Shown here: one piece after another, positions 29,377 to 39,354 of the stretch
How the letters are laid out: every line of letters starts with the position of its first letter
Numbering within the stretch: the first letter of the stretch is position 1
DNA from: Candidatus Zhuqueibacterota bacterium
GTDB lineage: Bacteria > Zhuqueibacterota > Zhuqueibacteria > Oceanimicrobiales > Oceanimicrobiaceae
Direction: 5' to 3'
Assembly (NCBI GenBank): GCA_029261995.1
Contig: JAJDAF010000060.1
Location: 21,963 to 85,962 of the forward strand
DNA length: 64,000 bases
Made by a program: the position numbers and the translations under genes
Notes under the pieces: generated by a model
What the model was told of the DNA's origin: nothing
What the model saw: only the letters and a program-made list of their open reading frames with translations
Database searches by the model: none

Positions 29377-30114
29377 CTACCCTTCGATCAATGCAGCGAT
29401 CTCACGCCGCACCAAATCGCTTAATTCCCGATTCGACAGGCTGGTGACACGTTCGGCCGGGATAACTTCCCCGAACTTGATTTCTATCGTTCCCGGCCTG
29501 ACCAGCCAGCTTCTTTTGTTCTTCACCTCGAACAGGCCAGCCAGCCCGATCGGCACAACATCGACCGCAGCTTCGCGGGCCAACAAAAAGGGCAGTTTCT
29601 TGAAGCGCCCGAGATTGCCATCTTCAGTGCGGCCGCCTTCCGGCAAAATCGTGATCGACTCTCCGGCGCGTAGCAAGTCTGCAGCCTTGCGAAGACTGGC
29701 CATTGAGCCATGCACACTGTCGCGATCGATTGGAACGTTGCCATAGCGCCGAAGAAACCAGCCGAAGCCGGGCCAATCGAATTGTTCCCGCGCAGAAACA
29801 CCTCGAAAGCAGACCGGAACATAAGCCGCCAGCAGCGGCAGGTCGAACATGCTGACATGGTTTGCCATGAATAAGTACGCCCGGTCGCCTCGCAATTTTT
29901 CACCACCTTGCGATTTCACCCGAACGAAAACCAGCCTGAAATAGCAACGCAAGAGCCACTGCAGCCAGGGGTCATACTTTTCACGAGGAAACAAATAAGA
30001 CAGCAAGCCGGTGGTCCCAAGGATGAGCGCGAACGCCAATAAGCCAAAGGTCCAGACGTAGATGGAAAACAAATATTTCATGAATGGAAAACCCGGATTG
30101 CGTGTTTCAGGCAT
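29377..30114 (-). CDS. plsC: 1-acyl-sn-glycerol-3-phosphate acyltransferase
   Basis: Catalytic NHVSMFD (HxxxxD) and ILPEGGRT motifs. N-terminal TM. Confidence 0.8.
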   Translation of the reverse strand: MPETRNPGFPFMKYLFSIYVWTFGLLAFALILGTTGLLSYLFPREKYDPWLQWLLRCYFRLVFVRVKSQGGEKLRGDRAYLFMANHVSMFDLPLLAAYVPVCFRGVSAREQFDWPGFGWFLRRYGNVPIDRDSVHGSMASLRKAADLLRAGESITILPEGGRTEDGNLGRFKKLPFLLAREAAVDVVPIGLAGLFEVKNKRSWLVRPGTIEIKFGEVIPAERVTSLSNRELSDLVRREIAALIEG

Positions 30115-30971
30115 TCGACTTTCAGCGGCGTTTCTCCGAACAACTCTCCGTCCGGCCCCAGGCGAATGGGCTTCGATGTCTCGATTTCCAGCTCCCGGAC
30201 TCGAAACGTCTCGACTTCCGGAGCGTTAACGTGCTGCCCGGTGAATATGGATGGGAACAGCCGCAGGAGTCGCCAGCGCGAGATTTTTCCTACCAGCGTA
30301 ATATCGAGCAGGCCGTCATCAAACCTGGCGGCGGGCGCCATGTAGAAACTGTGGGCAGTGTAACGGGTGTTGGAAATCTCCAGCAGCGCGACCTCCCGTT
30401 CGCTCGATTCTCCGTCTATTTTGAGTTTAAACTGGTAAGAGTCGAGAAATAGCATCTGGTAAAAAACCGCCAGAATATAAGCCATGTTGCCCATCGCTTT
30501 CAATCCCATAGATGTTTTCATGACTTCAGTGACAAAACCCAGGCCCATGACGTTCAGGAAATAGTGGGTTTTGCCGGAGGTGACAAATTTTGCGACATCG
30601 ACAGGCTTTGGCGAATTCCGTGCAATCATCGCCACCGCTTTCAGCCAATCGCCCGTATTGAGGTCGAAATCACGCGCAAAAGAATTGCCCGTGCCAATTG
30701 GCAGGATACCCAGCGGCGGCGGATGTTCGGACGAGTTGCGGAACAAGCCGTTGACCACCTCGAACAAAGTGCCGTCGCCACCCGCGGCCACAATGCCATC
30801 GATTCCCTGTAGATTTGCCTCGGCGACAATGTCGATGGCGTGCCCTCTGTGCTGCGTTATTTCGACGACCACCTCAACCGCCGCGGCCTCGAATTGGTCG
30901 AGAATCACCGGCAGAAGTTTCCCGGCGCGACCGTGTGCTGCTTTTGAATTGAAGATGAGCAGGATTCTCAA
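30078..30971 (-). CDS. lipid kinase (DAGK_cat / YegS-like)
   Basis: IVAAGGDGTLFEVVNGL matches the diacylglycerol-kinase catalytic-domain signature. Its 3' end overlaps plsC by 37 nt. Confidence 0.8.
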   Translation of the reverse strand: MRILLIFNSKAAHGRAGKLLPVILDQFEAAAVEVVVEITQHRGHAIDIVAEANLQGIDGIVAAGGDGTLFEVVNGLFRNSSEHPPPLGILPIGTGNSFARDFDLNTGDWLKAVAMIARNSPKPVDVAKFVTSGKTHYFLNVMGLGFVTEVMKTSMGLKAMGNMAYILAVFYQMLFLDSYQFKLKIDGESSEREVALLEISNTRYTAHSFYMAPAARFDDGLLDITLVGKISRWRLLRLFPSIFTGQHVNAPEVETFRVRELEIETSKPIRLGPDGELFGETPLKVECLKHAIRVFHS

Positions 30972-31223
30972 GCTGAATTCCGGAGCTGTTTAAGAAGAAG
31001 TCAGTAAATACAAAAATTTATGGAGATGTTCAAGAAAAAATAGTGGCGGGTGTTTCAGGCCAGACCGCGCTCACGCTTGGTTCACTATTCAGACTTTGCA
31101 CCAGCCCGGTCGCCACGGCGCCATAATTGTCTTCATCACTGTTGCAATTCATTGACAGTTTCATCACGAATGTTGATATTACACATCTCTCAGAATCATT
31201 TGACCACTGTGTGAGGTAAGAGC

Positions 31224-31892
31224 ATGCATTTCCTTCTATCTTCCTGTAAATCATTGATATTCGTCATCGCAGTGCCTTGCGCTGTCCTGGGGGCAACCAA
31301 AGCGTTGCATGCTCAGCCAAGCCGGAATAGTCGCACAGATACCGCCCCGAAAGTTGGCGAAATGGCCCCCACCTTTATCCTCGAGTCTCTGGACCGCAAA
31401 AGCAAAACGGATCTCGCCAGTTACCGGGGCAAGAAACCGGTCGTACTCTTCTTCGGTAGTTACACGTGACCTCCGTTTCGTCGCCAGTTGGGCGAAATGG
31501 AAGCTATATATCAGTCATTCAAGAACATCGTCGAGTTTAGAATCGTCTACATCAGCGAAGCACACGCCGTCGATGACCGTCGCCCGGAACCGCTGGCTCA
31601 AAAGCTCAAAATCTTCGAAGCCAAAGACACCGGTCAATGTTGCACCACTGCCGAAATGATGATGAAGGAAGAGAACGTCTCGATTCCGTGTTTGATTGAT
31701 AATATGGACAATTCCATCAACACAGCCTACAACGCCCATCCTGACCGGGTCTTTCTAGTGCGCACAGATGGCCGTCTTGCGGTGGCCGCGGATCGAGGCC
31801 CCTGGGGATTCAAACCGGCGCTTGACAAGACCCTGGCCTGGCTCCGGAGTTACAAAGCGACCGGCAAAGAATCCGCGCTTCCGGAGCGTTGA
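31224..31892 (+). CDS. candidate selenoprotein, iodothyronine-deiodinase-like thioredoxin-fold protein (in-frame TGA at 31467-31469 read as Sec)
   Basis: ORFs 31224..31469 and 31488..31892 share a frame and are separated only by TGA. Reading through gives PVVLFFGSYT-U-PPFRRQL...VYISEAHAVDD. Compare the deiodinase active site FGS(C/A)TUPPF...IYIEEAHASDGW. Signal peptide at the N-terminus. Confidence 0.65.
31476..31500 (+). ncRNA. candidate bacterial SECIS hairpin
   Basis: UUUCG-UCGCC-AGUUG-GGCGA-AAUGG begins about 9 nt after the UGA, with a G in the apical loop. Weak stem. Confidence 0.3.
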
Positions 31893-32002
31893 ACTCAGGC
31901 TCAGCTAAAATACCGTTATCGCGGTATTTACTTTCCTGTCATAAAAAGTTACACTTAATTTAATACCATTCAACATTCCCAACAACTTGATGAGGAGGTT
32001 CT

Positions 32003-33109
32003 ATGTCCTGGAAAGCCTTGCTACTTTTTATTTCTCTCACTTTGCCGGTGGCCGCCTTTGGTCAGATTCAAATCACCCAGCAAAATCTGCTTGGGCAGAT
32101 TGGCACTACCCAGACCATCATTGAAGACGAACGGTTCCATATTCCAATCGATGTTGGCGAAGCCGGCGCTAATAAGGTCTGGGACTTTCGATCGACCCCC
32201 CTTGTTGACACAGTGTTCGTAGTGAATGAATTCCTCCCGCCGGGCGGGTTACCGGGCATCGAACGGTTTCCGGACGTTAACTGGGTGCAGAAGATCACTT
32301 TCCCGGATTTCCCGGATAACGAGGCCTACAACTATCTCAATGTAACGTCAGACTATCTGATCACGCGGGGTGACAGTGTAGCTTTCACCGAGCCGATTGA
32401 CACGTCCTTCGTTTTCTTTCAAAATGATACCGTGGCGCCAATGCCACTCGAATTCGGCAACATGTGGACTTCCACGGAAATTGATACGGATGGTTTTTAC
32501 CCGGACTTCGGCAACATTTCCCTTGATACGACCATTAACCACATCGACGGCTGGGGAATGGTGAGAATTCCTCTCGGAGACTTCGAGTGCCTGAGACTGC
32601 GTCAGGATATCAAGGCGGTCAACTTGACAGTTGTAGCAGGAGAAATCACGTCTAGCAACACCGACACGTGGATTCAGTATGATTGGATTTCAAAGAATGA
32701 ATTTTTTGTCGCAAGGGCGCAAAGCCAGTTTGGCAACACCAACCCGGACTTCACCGATGCAAACGGGTACGGCCTGCTACACGCAAAGAGTGGTACACCC
32801 ACAAGCGTCGAAGGAAACCCCGAGGTTCCGGAGTCCTTTGTGCTGTTTCAGAACTATCCCAATCCTTTCAACCCGGAAACCGCAATCTCATTCCAAATGC
32901 GTGAAGCAGGGCCGGTCGATCTGACCATCTTCAACGTGCTTGGGCAGCCGGTTCGGAAGCTCGTGAGCGGCTTCATGGATGCGGGAAGCCGGCAGGTGAC
33001 CTGGGACGGCACAGACAACCTGGGCCAGCGAGTCTCCTCGGGCGTGTATGTTTACCAGTTGCAATCAAGCGAACTGGTTCAAACAAAAAAAATGGTACTG
33101 CTGCAATAG
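32003..33109 (+). CDS. secreted protein with a T9SS C-terminal sorting domain
   Basis: Signal peptide. C-terminal FVLFQNYPNPFNPETAISFQ...GVYVYQLQSS. Confidence 0.6.
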   Translation: MSWKALLLFISLTLPVAAFGQIQITQQNLLGQIGTTQTIIEDERFHIPIDVGEAGANKVWDFRSTPLVDTVFVVNEFLPPGGLPGIERFPDVNWVQKITFPDFPDNEAYNYLNVTSDYLITRGDSVAFTEPIDTSFVFFQNDTVAPMPLEFGNMWTSTEIDTDGFYPDFGNISLDTTINHIDGWGMVRIPLGDFECLRLRQDIKAVNLTVVAGEITSSNTDTWIQYDWISKNEFFVARAQSQFGNTNPDFTDANGYGLLHAKSGTPTSVEGNPEVPESFVLFQNYPNPFNPETAISFQMREAGPVDLTIFNVLGQPVRKLVSGFMDAGSRQVTWDGTDNLGQRVSSGVYVYQLQSSELVQTKKMVLLQ

Positions 33110-33133
33110 AACTCAACCAACAAGGAGAACAAC

Positions 33134-33808
33134 ATGAGACGGAGTTTACCCATACTCGCCATTTCGCTGATTGCTGTTATTGTCTTTGGCAATTCGTCGT
33201 CTACCTGGGCAGGCAAAAAGCCCAAAGTCAAACGCTACAAGGAGAAGTCCGGCATCATCGAGATGATATCCACCGGCACTATGTCGGGCAAAGAAACCAT
33301 CTATTTTGACAACTGGGGCTGGCTCGAGGCCAAGTACACGGAGACCACCATCAAGGTTGCCGGGTTCACTCAAAAAACCAAACAGTTGACTTTGCTCGAC
33401 GGCGAGTGGACTTACAATATCGATCTGAATACGAACAAGGGCACGAAAATGAAAACCCCTTTGTTCGATGAACTCAACGCTTCCGCCAAGTCGAAAGGCA
33501 ACGACTTGACCGATACGGGCGAAGAAATGATGAAGCAGATGGGCGCCAGGAAAGTCGGCAAAGGCGTGATCGCAGGCAAGAACTGCGACATCTGGGAAAT
33601 CAAAGATATGGGCACGAAAACCTGGGTCTACAATGGCGTTGGTCTGAAAGTCGAAACCGGCTTTGCCGGCATGAAGATAGTGCAGGAAGCTAAGAGTGCC
33701 AAGTTCAACGTCGCGATACCAGCCGGCAAGCTTAAGTTACCGGCGAATGCGACCATCACGGAAGGCCCCGATATTTCAGACATCATGAAGGGCTTACGGC
33801 GCAAGTAA
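33134..33808 (+). CDS. hypothetical secreted protein or lipoprotein
   Basis: AAGGAGA RBS and a signal peptide. 224 aa, Lys-rich. No motif recognised. Confidence 0.5.
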   Translation: MRRSLPILAISLIAVIVFGNSSSTWAGKKPKVKRYKEKSGIIEMISTGTMSGKETIYFDNWGWLEAKYTETTIKVAGFTQKTKQLTLLDGEWTYNIDLNTNKGTKMKTPLFDELNASAKSKGNDLTDTGEEMMKQMGARKVGKGVIAGKNCDIWEIKDMGTKTWVYNGVGLKVETGFAGMKIVQEAKSAKFNVAIPAGKLKLPANATITEGPDISDIMKGLRRK

Positions 33809-33901
33809 AGCGTCACGGACCTGTGCGCTGGCGGGGTACTGCTTGTGCCAGTTGCCTGGGGGAAATAGCATTGCCAGTTTAACCCTGTCACCGAACTGAT
33901 T

Positions 33902-36112
33902 ATGGAGGCAAGAATGAGATTGTCGTGTTTTGGAGTTTTGGCGTTTGCTTTGAGTTGTCTTTTGGCACCTCAGGCCAGCGCGCAAGAGAGTGAATGGAAT
34001 TGGGTGTTCCCCGTATCGAATACCATTCTGGATGTCAAGATCCTCGATGGTAGCACGGCAATCGCCGTCGGCCGCAGTGGCACCATCCTGAAGACCAAGG
34101 ACAAGGGCACGACTTGGGAGTCCTTGAAGAGTGGCACGCGCAGAACCTTGAGGGCCGTGAGTTTTGCTGACACAGAATTCGGCATGGTTTTCGGCGACGG
34201 TGGAACGCTGCTCGTCACCCGCAACTGCGGCAAAACCTGGGAGTCGGGGGAGACGGCCTTTGGCGGCACACTTCGTGGTGGTGTGTTGACCGGGCCGGAT
34301 ATCGGCATCGCGGTGGGCGATTCCGGCGCGATTTTTCGCACCGTTGATGGCGGCACAATCTGGGACAGAATTCCGAGCCCGACAGGCCTGACCCTAAATG
34401 GCGTCTACAATTTCGGCAACTGGGCGTTCGCTGTTGGCGATTCGGGCATCGGCATCTCAAGCTCAGATTTGGGGCAAACCTGGACTCCGCTACCAATTGA
34501 CACCGACTGCCCGATTTGGGCCGGCGCCATGTTCGATACCACTGGCTGGTGGGGCGTAGGTGGCGGCGGCAAGGTTTTTCGCACCGTTGACGGCGGCACT
34601 ACCTGGAAGCCGCAGAACAGCGGCGTCCCTTTCGATCTATGGAATATTGCCCTGGACGACTCCCTTGGCGCCATCGCCATTGGCGACAGCGGAACATTTA
34701 TCACAACCACGGATGGTGGAGCGACCTGGAACTCGAATCCCCTGGATCCGCTCTGCAATAACTTTGCTCTTGCTCTGGATGACTCATTTGGCGTAGCTGC
34801 CGGCTCGCACGGCAAATTTTGGACTTCCGGGGGATTCGGGAAGCCGTTCAACCCGTTTCCGAGACCGCCGCTTTACCAATTTACTGACTTTGAGATCTTG
34901 AATCCGGATACCTTCATTGCCGTCACGATTGCTGGCGAGATTCTTTCAACGTTTAACGGCGGAATCGATTTTTCTCTCGCTCTTGCTACCAACTTCGAGC
35001 TGCAAGCGATTTGCCGTTCCGGGGAGAATGATTGGTGGGCCGCCGGCGGTACCTTCGGGGATTCCGCACGCGTTTTTCATTCTGGCGATGGCGGAGCTAC
35101 CTGGGCGCCGCAGTTTGTGCCCTCGTCTCTGAAGTTCTTCGACATCTGCTTCAAAGATTCTCTGAACGGAATGGCTGTGGGACTTCTCGGTACCATATTC
35201 TGCACCACCGATGGCGGCAAGACCTGGAGAAAAAAGAACGGCCAGACCAACGAATGGCTGCTGTCGATAGACATCGTTGATGACACAACCGCGTTCGCCG
35301 TTGGTGGCAACGGCACGATGATCCGCAGCCGAGACTTCGGCGAAACCTGGTCTCCACTTCCCAGCGGTACGTCAGAGTGGCTCACAAACGTGACATTCCT
35401 GGATGACTCTATTGGGATTGCCTGTGGTAACAACGCAACCCTTATCAGGACGGATGATGGCGGTGAAGAGTGGGATGCATTTGAACTAGACCTCGGTCGA
35501 TTCGGCGGGTTGGATCCGCCGGATTTTCAGGGCGTTTACTTCTTTGATGAGTTTGAATCGTTTCGCGAGCCGGCGCCAGCCAGGCCAGGTTCGAACAGCG
35601 GAGGCGGTAACCTGGTTGCAACTGTGGTAGGCCACCTCGGCACCATCCTGCATTCTGTAGATGGCGGCCTGACCTGGACACAGGAGGACAGCAAAACAAA
35701 TAACAGTCTGAGCGCGGTCAGTTACGCGAATGCGGAGACGGCAGTTGTTGTCGGGGATTTTGGTACGGTCTTGCGCCGCACCAGTTCAGGCCCGACGACC
35801 TCTGTGGAGTGGCAGCCGAGAGCGCAAGCCCCGCAATCGGTTGTGCTGCACCAGAATTACCCGAATCCTTTCAATCCCTCAACCACGATCCGATTTGAGT
35901 TGCGGGATGATACTGCTGTGGACCTTCGCATCTTCAATCTTCGCGGGCAACTGGTTAAGACGATTCTCAGCGACAGGTTGAATGCCGGAGCGCACAGCCG
36001 AGTCTGGGATGGCCAGGATGCCTCAGGACGGCCTGCGGCAAGCGGACTCTATATCGCGAGGTTGCGTGCGGGTGAAAATGTGACTCAACGCAAGATGCTC
36101 CTTATCAAATAG
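33902..36112 (+). CDS. BNR/Ycf48-like beta-propeller repeat protein with a T9SS C-terminal sorting domain
   Basis: Many repeats of the form G-x-I/V-x-x-T-x-D-G-G-x-T-W (TKDKGTTWES, TVDGGTIWD, TVDGGTTWKP, TTDGGATWNS, SGDGGATWAP, TTDGGKTWRK, SRDFGETWSP, RTDDGGEEWD, SVDGGLTWTQ). C-terminal HQNYPNPFNPSTTIRFEL...GLYIARLRAG. Confidence 0.7.
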   Translation: MEARMRLSCFGVLAFALSCLLAPQASAQESEWNWVFPVSNTILDVKILDGSTAIAVGRSGTILKTKDKGTTWESLKSGTRRTLRAVSFADTEFGMVFGDGGTLLVTRNCGKTWESGETAFGGTLRGGVLTGPDIGIAVGDSGAIFRTVDGGTIWDRIPSPTGLTLNGVYNFGNWAFAVGDSGIGISSSDLGQTWTPLPIDTDCPIWAGAMFDTTGWWGVGGGGKVFRTVDGGTTWKPQNSGVPFDLWNIALDDSLGAIAIGDSGTFITTTDGGATWNSNPLDPLCNNFALALDDSFGVAAGSHGKFWTSGGFGKPFNPFPRPPLYQFTDFEILNPDTFIAVTIAGEILSTFNGGIDFSLALATNFELQAICRSGENDWWAAGGTFGDSARVFHSGDGGATWAPQFVPSSLKFFDICFKDSLNGMAVGLLGTIFCTTDGGKTWRKKNGQTNEWLLSIDIVDDTTAFAVGGNGTMIRSRDFGETWSPLPSGTSEWLTNVTFLDDSIGIACGNNATLIRTDDGGEEWDAFELDLGRFGGLDPPDFQGVYFFDEFESFREPAPARPGSNSGGGNLVATVVGHLGTILHSVDGGLTWTQEDSKTNNSLSAVSYANAETAVVVGDFGTVLRRTSSGPTTSVEWQPRAQAPQSVVLHQNYPNPFNPSTTIRFELRDDTAVDLRIFNLRGQLVKTILSDRLNAGAHSRVWDGQDASGRPAASGLYIARLRAGENVTQRKMLLIK

Positions 36113-36127
36113 GGCAAACGGTTATCG

Positions 36128-36182
36128 AGCGTCCCCCGCCAGTCTCCCGGGGGGATCCGCTCGCTATTTCCGGATTCTTTTT
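36128..36182 (+). terminator. candidate rho-independent terminator
   Basis: TCCCCCGCC agtctc CCGGGGGGA stem, followed by a T-rich tract. Confidence 0.4.
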
Positions 36183-36256
36183 AGTCTCGACATCTTGTTG
36201 CCGTAGCCATTCAGATTTCAGTTTTGTCCATTTTTAATATCACGCAGGAGGTTGTT

Positions 36257-37330
36257 ATGAACAGATGGTACACCTGTTTCACGTCGGTGCTGGTGTTCTC
36301 ACTCGGTATATGTGCAACTACACACGTCTCTGCACAAACCACGGCTTACGGTATTGACGCCAGTAGTTTCCCGGACATAGGATTTTCATCTGTGCCGATT
36401 CCCACGGCAGATGCCGTTACCTCCATTGGCGCCACGAGCGCAAATGTTGCGGGTGGCGATTTCGGACCAGACAGCCTCTTTTACGGAAGGGTTGACAACG
36501 CCCTGGTCACCATCAGCCTGGACGATGGTAGCGCAACGACAGTGGCGCAGATTACCGGTGTTGCCGGAGGCCAAACTATCATCGGCATGGGGTACGACCA
36601 GACCGGTGGCGCCATGTATCTTGCCACCACGAATCTCTCTTCGGCAGGGTCGGAACTTTACACTATCGACCTGTCAACAGCCGTCGCGACGAGAGTGGGC
36701 GCGATAACCAACGCATCTTTTGTGCTGGCCATTGCCGTGGATCCCGCCGGTCAGATTTATGCGTTCGATGAGACGGATGACAACTTGGTCTCAGTGGATG
36801 GCGGCACCGCGGCCGGCACCATCGTCGGGCCGCTCACGGTTCCGTTCGTAGCCCAGGACGCGGATTTTGATGCCAGCAGCGGAATCCTGTACTGGACATT
36901 CTTCTCAGGCGGTAGTGGCAGACTCGCGACCGTCGATGTCACGACTGCTGTGGCAACTACCGTGACCACCTGGTCGGCGGATTTCATCGCGTTTGCGATT
37001 CTGGGAGAAGGGCCGCCAACCAGCGTTAGGGGCAGGAGTAGAACCCGGCCTGAGAGTATTTCATTGGCTCAGAATTTTCCCAATCCTTTCAATCCCGAAA
37101 CTGTCATTCAGTATCAGTTGGACCAAGCAGCCCAAGTCGAGCTGGCGATTTTTAATCTCCTGGGAGACCCAATCCGTACCTTGGTAAATGAAAAGAGCAG
37201 TCGCGGTGCGCACCAGGTCCGTTGGGATGGTTTGGATGACTCCGGACACCAAGCTGCAAGCGGGGTCTATTTCTATCGACTCAAAGCCGGGTCAGCGACT
37301 TTGAGCCGGAGGATGCTGTTGACAAGGTAA
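36257..37330 (+). CDS. secreted beta-propeller-like protein with a T9SS C-terminal sorting domain
   Basis: Signal peptide MNRWYTCFTSVLVFSLGICATTHVSA. C-terminal LAQNFPNPFNPETVIQYQL...GVYFYRLKAG. Confidence 0.6.
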   Translation: MNRWYTCFTSVLVFSLGICATTHVSAQTTAYGIDASSFPDIGFSSVPIPTADAVTSIGATSANVAGGDFGPDSLFYGRVDNALVTISLDDGSATTVAQITGVAGGQTIIGMGYDQTGGAMYLATTNLSSAGSELYTIDLSTAVATRVGAITNASFVLAIAVDPAGQIYAFDETDDNLVSVDGGTAAGTIVGPLTVPFVAQDADFDASSGILYWTFFSGGSGRLATVDVTTAVATTVTTWSADFIAFAILGEGPPTSVRGRSRTRPESISLAQNFPNPFNPETVIQYQLDQAAQVELAIFNLLGDPIRTLVNEKSSRGAHQVRWDGLDDSGHQAASGVYFYRLKAGSATLSRRMLLTR

Positions 37331-37737
37331 TTGTCGCAGTCAAGCATTGCTCCGGGGTCACGGGGCGATGCCAAGTCCGCGGCACCTGGTGTAAATGACC
37401 AACGCTGGACAACGCACTTAGCCCAGCGTTTTTGTACAAGCCTTGCCGTCGCGCCACGCACGAGAATTCAACCCTTGCCTGGCCACGAGACCGGCGTTGA
37501 AGTGCAGCGTGCTATGTCCTGCCAGCCCGAATTTCTGTATGCCGCTGCCTGATATCCTCTTGACATCCGGATCAGGTTTTCCTACTTTACCGGGTAACGG
37601 TAACCACTACCCCAATTCTCACACCGAAGCGCATATAGTAAACAATGACTCACCACAGGGGAGATCGAGATGGTTGTTGAGGGCGTCAAATCCAACTCTT
37701 GCTGACAAACTACCATAATTTTTCGACGGAGGAAAAG

Positions 37738-38097
37738 ATGAGCACTTCAATCACCAAGGTTTACCAGGTTAAGAACAGCACCCGCAGGGTCAAACTGACT
37801 ATCAAAGTCGGGCATGGCCAAAACGCAGTTTCTTCGATATTCCTGGGAGGCGTGGAGTTGCAATCTGGTTTGCGAGACGGTGTCGAAAAGCTCGACCTCG
37901 GCAGCGGAGCGGATCTGATAAACAAGAACTTGCACTGCACCACAACGGTGACCGATGTGCGAGCCGAAACCAACAGGACCAGCGTCAGTTACAAACTTAC
38001 CGGCGGTGTCAAGTCTTTCCAGAATACCTACTCGGAGGCCGTCACCCACGAGGGCGAAACCTTGTCCTACATGGCCACTTTTTTCTTTTTCGCCTGA
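37738..38097 (+). CDS. hypothetical small protein
   Basis: ORF with start MSTSITKV. No motif recognised. Confidence 0.35.
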   Translation: MSTSITKVYQVKNSTRRVKLTIKVGHGQNAVSSIFLGGVELQSGLRDGVEKLDLGSGADLINKNLHCTTTVTDVRAETNRTSVSYKLTGGVKSFQNTYSEAVTHEGETLSYMATFFFFA

Positions 38098-38121
38098 TCC
38101 GCAAACTGAGGAGGGAGAATC

Positions 38122-39321
38122 ATGTCCAAGAAACTGTGTGTTATCGTCGTCCTTGCGGCGCTGACTGCCGCGTTTTCAGGTCATTCCATGGTCCTTGCGC
38201 AACCTGCGGAAGCCGACAGCGGCAGGACCTCAGAATCCTTTGATCTGCTGCTGGCGCCGGCTTCGCCCGGATTTGTGCTGCTGGGGATTGCGCCCACCGC
38301 CGTTGAGCGGCCCGGAACGCCATCTGATCTCGCGATGACCGTTCTGAACAACACCCGCAACTTCAGTGCTTTGCCTGAGAACTTCGCGCTCGAGTTCTCT
38401 CCGTATTGGCTTTTCTTCGGGCAGAACATCGGCTACAGCAGTTACGCTGCCGACAACGTCGGATCGAATATTGCGCAAACGCTATCCTTTTCCATTGCCA
38501 CCACATCTGACGCCGAAACCTCCACCGACCCAACCTCAACCTCTTTGGGGATTGGAGTTCGGTTTTCACTTCTGCGGGGCAGCATCGACCAGGAGTTCAA
38601 TGACTATGCGAAAAAGCTCGAAACGCTCTACAGCAATCTCGGCGAAATCAGTCTCCGGACGACCCAAAAACGAGCACAAATGACGGCGACCGACACCACC
38701 ATTCGCAAGCTCGTCATCCAGTTGCAGAGCGCCGAACCCGCAATGATACCGCTCATTGAAACTGCTCTGGCACAGAAGCAGAGTGCGATCGACAACCAGG
38801 CCGAGGCGGAAGTGCGTGAGGAACTGCGAGCTAACTACGACAAACTACAGGCGATCGCTACCGGTCTGCGCCTGCGCCGCATCGGATGGAAACTCGATCT
38901 GGCAGGCGGATTCGTGGTGGATTTCCCGCAAAGTCAATTTGATAACGGCAGTCTGAACCGCACCGGTGCCTGGCTGACCGGCGGCTACGAATGGACCAAT
39001 TTCAGTTTCCTGAGCCTGGCGCGCTATCTTGGCGGCCATGACGACTCTAATAACAACAGCATCGATCTGGGCGGACGTCTCATCCTCGACAACGTCAAGA
39101 AGTTTTCGCTGTCCGCCGAGTCGGTCTACCGTAGCTTTCCCGACCGGGATTCTGACAAGAGCGAGTACCGCCTGGCCTTCAGCCTGGATTATGCCATCGC
39201 GAAAAACAAGGCGCTCTCTTTCTCATTTGGTCGCGACTTTGAAGGCAAGCAGTCCGGGAATCTGATTTCCATGATCAATCTGATACTGGGATTTGGCTCG
39301 GAAAGGCCGTTTGCCAATTAG
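38122..39321 (+). CDS. hypothetical secreted protein, possibly an outer-membrane beta-barrel
   Basis: GGAGGG RBS and a signal peptide. The alternating hydrophobic pattern in the C-terminal half is only a guess at a barrel. Confidence 0.45.
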   Translation: MSKKLCVIVVLAALTAAFSGHSMVLAQPAEADSGRTSESFDLLLAPASPGFVLLGIAPTAVERPGTPSDLAMTVLNNTRNFSALPENFALEFSPYWLFFGQNIGYSSYAADNVGSNIAQTLSFSIATTSDAETSTDPTSTSLGIGVRFSLLRGSIDQEFNDYAKKLETLYSNLGEISLRTTQKRAQMTATDTTIRKLVIQLQSAEPAMIPLIETALAQKQSAIDNQAEAEVREELRANYDKLQAIATGLRLRRIGWKLDLAGGFVVDFPQSQFDNGSLNRTGAWLTGGYEWTNFSFLSLARYLGGHDDSNNNSIDLGGRLILDNVKKFSLSAESVYRSFPDRDSDKSEYRLAFSLDYAIAKNKALSFSFGRDFEGKQSGNLISMINLILGFGSERPFAN

Positions 39322-39354
39322 AGAACCTGCGCAGCAGCCCTCCCAGGGACCGGC

